Source: Cycas panzhihuaensis
Taxonomy: Eukaryota > Plantae > Cycadophyta
Direction: 5' to 3'
DNA: 64,000 bases
Assembly (NCBI GenBank): GCA_023213395.1
Contig: CM041465.1
Span: 182,101,741 to 182,165,740 of the forward strand
In this document: positions 54,828 to 64,000 of the stretch, piece after piece
Numbering within the stretch: the stretch's first letter is position 1
Layout of the letters: the number at the start of each line of letters is the position of its first letter
Made by a program: the position numbers and the translations under genes
Notes under the pieces: generated by a model
What the model saw: only the letters and a program-made list of their open reading frames with translations
What the model was told of the DNA's origin: nothing
Database searches by the model: none

Positions 54828-57800
54828 TATTCTCCTCTTATATTTGAATTCTTTGATACTAAAAAATATGTGGGGTCACCATTCAGGTTTGAATTGATGT
54901 GGACAAGACACCCAAATCTTAGGGAGTTGATTGAGGAATGGTGGAAAGTCCCAATAATGTGATACACCAGGTACAAGTTTTTAAAGAAATTAAACTAGGT
55001 GAAAAGAAGGGTGAGAGTGGAAAAAATAGGTCCCTGGAAACATTTTTAAAGTTAAGAACCAATTAGATAGGGATATGAAAGTAGTAAAGGCTAGATCCAG
55101 GAGGAAGGCATGTCCTAGGTACTGGACCATACAGAGAGAGACCTCATCAAAAACTTAGAGGAGGTTCTTGTTAAGGAGATACATTGGAGGCAAAAATCTA
55201 GGGCCCTGTAGCTAGCTGAAGGAGATAAAAACACAAACTTTTTTTACATGATAACTATGAAACTTGGAGCCAGTAATAGGATAAGAAAGTTACATAATAG
55301 AGAAGGATAGGAAGTCAGTGAAGGAGATGATATGAAAAACATAGTAATAAATTACTTTAAGGAATGCTAAGATGAGGAGGCTAGAAAGAAGTTTCTAAAT
55401 GGCATACCTAGCTTGATAAATGAGGAACAAAATAGAATGCTTATGGCCCCATTCTCTATAGAGGAAAAAAGAAGTATTCATAATGAAGAAGGAGAAAGTG
55501 CCTAATCTAGATGGTTTTCCCTTAGGATTTTTTCAGAAATATTGGGATATAATCAAGGAGGATCTAATGAAGGTAATGGGGGAGTTCATAAGAAGTAGAA
55601 GATGCTGGGGGAATGGTAAGCCACTTTCCTTATACTAATCCTAAAGAAGGAGGGAGTGACAAGAATGGAGGACTTTCGGCTAATTAGTTTATGCAATGTG
55701 AAATATAAAATTATAACCAAAGTTTTGGCTAACAGACTTAAGTCAATCCTCCTTAGGATTATTTCCCCTAACCAAGATGGTTTTATGAAGGGTAGGCAAA
55801 TCATTGATGGCATTATTACCATCCATGATATAGTCCATTCAGCCCATCAAAGGAAAGAGCCAAGCATGATAATCAAAATTAACCTATCTAAAGTATGTGA
55901 TAGGGTCTCTTGGAGCTACTTACTAGAATGTCTGAAAGGTCTTAGCTTTAGAGGAAAATGGAGAGAATGGATGGAGTCATGTATAACAAATCCTCAATAC
56001 TTAGTTCTTATAAATGGTATATCAATAAGTTTTTTTCCTGGGATCTAGAGGGATGAGGCTGGGAGATCCTATCTCCCCATACCTTTTTATAATTTTGGCT
56101 GAGATGCTAGGAAGGGCAATGGAGATGGCCAGGAGATCAGGGCTAGTCATAAGGATTAGGCCTACTTTAGGCATTGAGAACATTATTCATCATCAATTTG
56201 TTGATGATAACATATTCCTAGGTAATGATGCTCTAGAAGAAGCTCAAATGCTTAAAGAAGGCCTAGACAAGTTTGAGAGAGTTATTAATCAACGGGTAAA
56301 TTGGAACAAAAGTAATATCTTTTTTGTACACACTAAGGAAAGGGTCCATAAAAAGATTAGTAGGATTCTTAAGATGCTTATTTACAAACTCCTATGCCTA
56401 TTTGGGTATGCCTCTATTTATTAGAAAGATATCAAAGGAGTTATGGAATTCTATAATTGATAGGATGGGGAGGAAGCTAGCTAGATAGAAGGGCTCCTTA
56501 CTAAGCTATGCTAGTAAGGTTCAGCTAATTGTTGCTTCTCTTCAGAGTATTCTGGTCTACATGGTGTCTATTTTCAAGATTTTATTCAAAGTCATGTCCA
56601 TTTTGGAATCTATTCAGAAGTGCTTCCTTTAGTTTATGGTATATGAAAAGGATAGAATCCATCTGGTAGACTGGGATAAACTATGCTATCCTAAATGGGT
56701 AGGTGGATTGAATCTTTAGAGATTATCTTCTTTCAATAGTACCTTGGTAGGTAAACTTGGTTAGTTATTAGCTAAGAAAGAAGGGGGTTTATATGTCCCA
56801 TAAGTGTCTTCATAGGAGGCACTTCTTAAACAACAACTCTATAACTCCTTGTGGATAGTCAATTTAGAGAAGTGTGTATCACTCGAGGTGGATGCTAAAA
56901 GTAGTGGTGCAGTGGATTCTAGGGGATGATTTTAGGAGGATGTATGGTGTGGTGATTTAAAGCTTAAGGGATGACCTAATATGGGCCCTTTGCAGGTTTC
57001 CTATGAGATGACCTCTAGTACAAGATAAAGGATTATTAGGAGGTTTAGGAATGGATGACTAGGTGGAGAGACTTTCATGAGGTCCAAGATGGGTAGGGGG
57101 CCTAAGATTAAATAGAATCTTTAAAAAAAGAGATTAGTCAATGATGTATCCTAAGAAGAGTAGAGGAGGACTTGATGGTATGGCCTTTAGTACCTTTAGG
57201 AGATTATTTAGCAAAACAAAGATACATTTTTTTATGCTAAGAAAGAGGAGATTGAAAGTGTTAGATAATGTGATAACAATGTTTTAAAGGCTAAATTTTT
57301 GATAGGTTGGTAGCGTAGTCCCCCCCCACCCCCCTCAATCTTCTACAGGGGGATCCAAGGGGGGAAGAAGCCCCCCTTGGTTGAGGTTGTTCATTCAAAA
57401 TACCCTCGATTCTATGGTCAAGATTTGTGCCTTGTATGACTCTCTCATATAGCTCAATTTGGGGTGTTTTTTCATCATCATGATGGTATTTGATGTATTG
57501 GATATACTGTAAGGAGTAGGATGGCTATTTATTGTTGTTGTAAGCATTCTACTATAGATTATGTGTATTTCTCCATTCTTAGATAATAAAGATCAATATA
57601 TTTCCTATGTGGATGTTTCCTTAGCATACTACTAGGGTTTTACCATGTTATATCAGGTGTATATGTGATGCTTTGGCTTTCTGATTTATTTACTATATTA
57701 TCTCTGGTTTAAGAACTTGTATGTAAATTTTTAATTTTAATCCCTATAACTTGTTGCAAAATAGTTTAGATCTTGGTGGTGGTTTCTTATTATTGGGACC

Positions 57801-58760
57801 TAATTTTCTCAAAAGAAAGCACCCACTCCTAGATGAGATGTGAAAAATAGGTCTGACCCCTAAGATCACAGTATTTTGGTGGTTGTATCTAAGGAATAAG
57901 ATCCTAACATTAGATAACCTAAGGAGGATGGGTTTTGCAATGACAAACTAGTATGTGTTATGTTGGGAGGATGAGGAGTCAATGAATCATATACTCCTTC
58001 ATTGCTCTTATTCTAGAAGGGTGTGGAGATGATATGGGCTCAATTTGATATTCAATTGGTCTCCTTTAGAACTCTCAAGGACTAGCTATTGGCTTGAACT
58101 AATCCCTTTAAGAGTAGAAATTTGGCTCACTTATGGCAAATATCTTTGCTAGTTATGATATGGAATCTATGGAAAGAGAGAAATAGGAGGATATTTCAAG
58201 ATAGGTAGATGGAAGATGAAACGACTATAATGGAAAGATGGGGAATAAGGCCTAGCTAAGGATCTGAGGAAGAATTGTTGTTAGATCCCTCCTATAGAAA
58301 CATGGATAAAAATAAATTTTGATGGTGCATATAAAAGTAACCCTAGGGAGGCTAGAGGTAGGGGTATTTGCAGAAAATTTAGAGGGGAGGTTAAGTGGGC
58401 ATTTGCAGATTACTCTGGCTAGTAAACTAACCATAGAGCTGAAATGGTAGCCATGCAGAAAATGGTGGACATGGCTATTGGGCAAGGTTGGGAGAAGCTA
58501 ATAATAGAAGGGGATTCCTTAAATATTATTAACTTTCTCAAAGGGATAGTAGAGCTAGATTGGAAAACAGATACTCTAGTCAAATATATATAGGATACTC
58601 TTAAGAGATAGGAGAATGTCCAAGTGAAACATACTTATAGGGAGGCAAATAGAGTGGATAATAAGCTAGCCAATTTGGGGGTTAGTCACAAGAGGTCTTG
58701 GTTTTGGAGGGAGGAAATTCTTGAAGAGATTATGAGTCTGGTTAAGGAGGATAGGTCTAG
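54828..58760 (+). pseudogene. LINE ORF2 RT, zf-RVT and RNase H (3' part)
   Basis: PFRFELMW; EGDKNTNFF; ORFs 55656-56048 (FRLISLCNV) and 56053-56424 (GDPISPYLF, QFVDD); zf-RVT-like ~57880-58030; RNase H WIKINFDGA ~58303-58329, IIEGDS and HTYREANRVD ~58630-58660. Confidence 0.9.
57259..57760 (+). mobile_element. Probable solo LTR inserted in LINE ORF2
   Basis: T-rich ~500-bp block that interrupts the purine-rich LINE frame; starts TGTTAG; LTR-like U5 motif (gtggatgtttcc...ggttttaccatgtta); GC hairpin ~57350-57380. No clean TSD. Confidence 0.5.
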
Positions 58761-61537
58761 GGTGCAGTAGGAGAGTTGGCCACTAGGCTTATCATGGCAG
58801 GGTGGGTAGCTAGATCTAGTTGGTGGTTATATCGAGGCCATGGGATTGTCATGGCCATTATATAAGTTGAAAAGAAGCTATTGTTAAAGGGTTGGGGTCC
58901 TTGTAAAACCCCTTTTGTTTGTACATAATTAAAAAAAAAAAAAGATAGCCATAACACCAAGGATTATTATTTTAATGTGAAAGGGAGAAGTTCAAGAGGC
59001 TAAGGTTGAGATAGACACAACAACTTAAAAATGCATATACAACTTATATGACCCCAAAAAATTAAAAAAATAAACTTCCCATGGGGAGATGTTTAATATT
59101 TTTGAAATTTGGATACTAAAAATCATAGTGCCTAATGGCAAAAGTAGGGGGAGAATATCCATACATCTATAAAAATAATCAACCAAGTACCCACCTAATA
59201 GAGGATTGTAAGGAAAAGGGTAAAGCTATTAATGTAATCTCCATTGTGCCCAACTCTTCCAAAAATATGAATCTGTAAGGAAAAAAAGAGAAAGAAAAAG
59301 TAGAAGAGGATTGTCCCAAACTTAAATTGGAAATTGATTAGTTTACAACAACTTAAAAATCATTAGAGGATGTTGCCAAGGAATAAGAAGCAAAATTATT
59401 ATGGATAAGGAAAAAGAAATCAAACAATTATGTAAAAGAAAGAATAAGGCTAGAGAACCAAATGAGAATTTAAAATTAAAAGAATCAAGAAAACACCAAT
59501 TAAAATAATTAGAGAGTTGGTTAAATCCAAAACTAAATATGGAAGAACTATTTAAGGGCCTTCCTAAGAAGATATTCTAACAAATCTAGTAATAATGGAA
59601 AATCTAGCAAAATGGTTGTGGTTAATAATCTTTCTTAAGTAGGTGATTGAATGGGTTATAATTAGGATACTGCAACTAATAAAAGTATCTAAAAATCTCA
59701 ATAAAGTAAAGCCTTTTCGTGACCTCAACATTGTAATCATTATAAGTATCATTGGAGAAACCTTTCACAATATAATTATAAATAGAGGCATAACAATGAA
59801 TGTTTTACCCATGACTATATGAAAAAAATTGGGTAGCCCTAAGTTAACACCTACTAATTATTCTTTAAAACCATTAAATGAGTTGGTAGTGAAACCAAGG
59901 GGATATCTCTTGAATATCAAAGTAAATTTAATGGGAATCATAGTGGTAGTAGATTTTACGATTCTAGACACCATTAAAAATATGGTCACTTAGACCATGG
60001 TTTTATCAAACAAGGTATATATAGAGCTAAAATGATGTAATATCTATCATAATTAATAGGGATAATAAAGTTATACTACCCATGTTAAAAGGAAAATATA
60101 CAGTAGTGGTGGTGCCTAATAATACCTCTAACACCACCATGGCTAGTGAGAATACATCCATGATATTTGAGGAATTAAGTCTCTATCATATAAGAGAATA
60201 TGTGGACTCCATGAACAACATGGAACAATATGAACCAAATTATTATGGAGAACTTTAACCAGAAAGCTCATTAGATGAAGAGTGTATAAAGAACATAATT
60301 AAATTATTGGAGGAGGGAGTCTTATGAGGTGGACCCTCACACTTTTCATTATAACTTATTATTTATTTATACTCTAATTGGTGATGAGTAAATAAATAAT
60401 TATTTTGAGTATATTAGTTACGATAGTAGAATAGAAAAAATAAGAAATAGTGTCCTAGATGAGCCCTTGGTTAATGTATATATAATAGAAAACCCTAAAA
60501 ATATAATATAAGTAAAATTACAAGTAAAATCCCTATCTTCCACCCCTAACCCTAATCCTACCCCTACCTCCTCCCTAGCCTTACTTGATATAGTTTAGAA
60601 GATCTGGCCAATCTTCTTTTGAACCCAATCCCTCCCTCCATCTCATACTTAAAACCCATGGTAGAACCCCACCCTACCTTCTTATCCACTCATAAGGAAA
60701 CTTGTTCCTCAACTTCCTCTCTCAAGGTACATCTGATAAGTAATGTTTATTTAGAAGGCCATTCTATAGGCCTGAGGCCCCAAGAGACAACATTAGGTTA
60801 AATCACCTTAAGAAAACCATTTTCCCAATATCACATACATGAAGATAAGCTAGATGCATCCTCTATAGGAAAGGGAGTAACCACATTTTTAGGGACTAAA
60901 CTTAAGGGAATTAACCATGTCATTTGATGCATAATATATTAGTTAAAATATAAAATATTGGATTGATCTCAATGGGTAATAGACCTTGTCATTACCCTTT
61001 AAGATTAAGCTTGGTGGTGGTACTTATCCTACCATAATCTACTTTGAGATTAGGCCAACATCTTATTAACATTTTGATTAAGATTCAATCCACCTTAGGA
61101 ACTAATTATTACTCTCTTCCTAGTAGGGAAATGCCCCACCAAATACCTGAATAGATGTAAAAATCATGGAGAGACTAATGCATTCCAAAACCTAACTCGG
61201 GACACCTATTCTTTTATATCTTAGGCTGGCTAGCCAAGAAGTGGTTTCTCAGACAAAAATGAGTCAAAGAAGTTTCTTAGGATTTATGTAAAATGTTATT
61301 TATAAAATCTTTCTTATATTCATCTAAAACTAAAACTATAAATAGGGCATTAAGATGCATTAGAAAATTAAGTATAGAAGTGGAGTAAACCCTAATGTTA
61401 GTTTCCAAGATTATAGAAAATAGAGATAATGAAGAAGAGGATAAGGAAAAACTCATAATTTTCATCTAGAATATATCAAACTTCAATATAAACAAAGGGA
61501 TATAGAGGAAATCCCTACATCTCAAAAATATTATAAT

Positions 61538-64000
61538 TGTAATGAAGAGAAATAACATAAGGGAACAATGAAATAATAGAACTTGGACTAATGTGAAAAA
61601 TAAATAACTAATGAAATCTAAGAACATTAATAAATGTTAACTAGAGATTTAGGTCTATGCATAGACTATTTTATTAATCTAAGTAATAACTAAAAAATTA
61701 TAAAGAGAAAACCCCAACTCTCTTATCATCCACTCTCATCCAACTCCTTTATATATGTTATTGCAAAAGTATATATAGACATAATTTTATAAGATATTGC
61801 CTCATGGTATTATAATATAATAGGCATAAATCATAGGATGAAAAGACCCCCATAAGACATCCAAAATTTTGTCTTTAGGCCTCTCATCCCTAAACTCTCA
61901 TTTGAGGGGTCGTTGCCCCCTAAACCCCCTAAGTGTAATACCTATACCTATATAATAATTGTAAAGTATTCAACATATCTAACAATCTCCCACTTATTGA
62001 ACACTTTACATGATGCTTGCATATATAACTAATAAATGCCAAAATCATAGATGCCCATTACTTTTATACACCATTTAAACTTTTTTAAACTAATAGTCTT
62101 AGTTAATGAGTTTGTAGAATTCTCTTATATAGCAACTTTCTGCAAGTCTACCTTGTTTGAATCAACCATTTATCTCACAAAATAGAACTACATATTGATA
62201 TACTTTGATCAAGCATAAAAACTAGGATTTTTCACTAGATAGATTACAATTTGACTATCATATATCTTCACAGGTTCTTACTTAAAGTCAACATGTATGC
62301 ATAATCTTTATAACCAAATAGATTCCTTTTGAACATGAGTAGCTATTATATACTCTACTTTTATGCTTGAAATTATAATAACTTATTATTTCTTATTCAT
62401 CCAGCTAACTACGTGACTATAACAGGTAAATATATATTTTCTTATAGATCCTTTATTGTTAAGATCTCTTACTCAATCAACATTAACAAATTCTTTTAGA
62501 TCCACTATTCTACTCTCCATGGGAACTCCTTCATAGTAATTTCATATTTTTATGTGCCTTGCAAATACCCAAAAATCCTTTTTATAATAATGAAAGACTT
62601 ACTATCTAGATTTGACATGTATTTAATAATACACTACATGGGTAATGTCTACTTGAGTGCAGAACATCGCATACACTAGACTTCTAACTACACTTACATA
62701 GGAGACAAAGGGCATGCCCTCAATATCTTAGTGAGTCTTTAGGTATTAATTAGTTGATAATTTAAAACCAATAAGAAAAAGAATATTGACTGGTTTGTAG
62801 TCTTGCATTCTAAGCCACTATAGTGTCATCTCAATGTATACTACATTTGCCTAAGGAAAATCTTCATGTTTTTTTTATCTTACTTAATTTTAATACCCAA
62901 ATAAAATGTATAACACCAAGGTCCTTCATCTCAAAATGAGATGCTAGTTAGATTTTCACAAGCTAGTTCATTTCTTTACTATTACCTATTAATAATATAT
63001 CATCAATATATAAAACTAATATAACAAAGTGATCACCAACTTATTTAAAATATATACAAAAATTATCTTTACTTTGCATAAAGTCATCTACTAATATATG
63101 TGAATTAAATTTCTAATACCACATTTTTTATGACTATTTCAAGCTATATAATGACTTTTTCAACCTACATCTTAAATTCTCTTTACCTACAACTTTAAAA
63201 TTTTTAAATTATAACATATAAATTTCTTTCTCAAGGTTGCCATAAAGAAAAGTTGTCTTCACATCTATTTAATCCACCTTAAGATTATAATTTATTACTA
63301 TAACCAATAGAAATCTAATTAAATCTATCTTTGCAACAAGAGAAAACACCTCACTAAAATCTATTTGCTTTATCTAGGAATAATCATTTTTTACCAAATG
63401 GGCCTTATACTTTTTTATAGTAGTGTCTGCCTAAAACTTCTTCTTAAAGATTTCTTTATTATCAATAAGTTTTTTTTCCATTGGGTAGATTTACCAAATC
63501 TCATATTTAATTCTTATTTAAGGCCATCATTTCTTCTTCTATGGCCTTCTTTTAGAGTTGTCTATCTTTTGACTTTAGAGCCTCTCAAATAATACATGGA
63601 TCATCCCCTGTAATAGTTAAAATAAATAAGGAATGATAAAATTCTTTAGGAATACACCCATTAGATTTCCTTCTCTTACAAGTTAATCTCCTTAAAATGG
63701 GGGGCTCTTAAGGTTGGGCCACTTCCTCAACTAATTCATCCTCTTTAGCTAGCCGATATTCTAATGTAGAATCTCCATCTCTTCTCTTAAGCACCTTTTT
63801 AAAGTCTTCTTTGTTTGGTTCTTCTTTATGATTTAGAGACTCGAAATCCTCTATAAAGACAATATCATAGCTATATACAACTTTTGGTGTTTCAAGGTTA
63901 TAAAGCTTATACCCCTTTACCCCATCACCATAGCCAATGAAAATAGACTTTTATGTTTTAAAATCAAGCTTCATCCTCTATTGAGTATGAACATACACGA
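61538..64000 (-). mobile_element. Element J: decayed Ty1/copia (3' LTR, RNase H, RT, linker), continuing beyond the window
   Basis: LTR end ...ctaaca at 61984 next to PPT atctcccactt; RNase H (NSTNSLTK, YFVR) ~62095-62210; RT FEMKDLG ~62917-62937 and DVKTTFLYGNLEKEIYM ~63215-63270; integrase tail FIGYGDGVKGYKLY ~63900-63942. Outer LTR boundary uncertain. Confidence 0.85.

Larger units (their letters stand above)
43745..58941 (+). mobile_element. Apparently full-length L1-clade LINE with C-terminal RNase H (decayed), ~6.9 kb without the copia C insert
   Basis: 19-bp TSD aagatagccataacaccaa (43726-43744, 58942-58960); poly(A) 58931-58941; telo-box tagggttt near the 5' end (~43769-43776); ORF1 and ORF2 motifs. 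Confidence 0.93.

Noticed and set aside
60543-60580. ccctaaccctaa telomere-like tract
   Set aside because: Only about two degenerate units in a C-rich low-complexity stretch; not a TTTAGGG array.

Overview
Gene-free, AT-rich, CpG-depleted window from a large methylated land-plant genome (a gymnosperm-like genome is plausible but not provable here). It is built almost entirely of nested retroelements. Elements delimited by LTR pairs or target-site duplications (TSDs): non-autonomous LTR element F (4669-15106, +), Ty1/copia A (7140-14227, -), Ty3/gypsy D (15253-22248, -), non-autonomous LTR element B (32859-36937, -), deleted copia H (39227-42383, -), an RNase-H-containing L1 LINE (43745-58941, +, 19-bp TSD) and a young CpG-rich copia C (46584-54822, -). 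These sit in older gypsy relics E, G and I; a further copia J runs off the right end. No host gene, rRNA or intact tRNA is seen. Three observations stand out. (1) A ~430-nt non-coding block just upstream of gag is conserved between copia A and C, whose LTRs are unrelated; it has nested stems, a compensatory base change and pseudoknot topology, suggesting an IRES-like or packaging RNA. (2) The non-autonomous elements have LTRs that grew by absorbing tandem tRNA-Met primer-binding-site (PBS) modules. (3) Copia A carries a B-family unit bracketed by PBS sequences. All alignments and foldings were done by eye.
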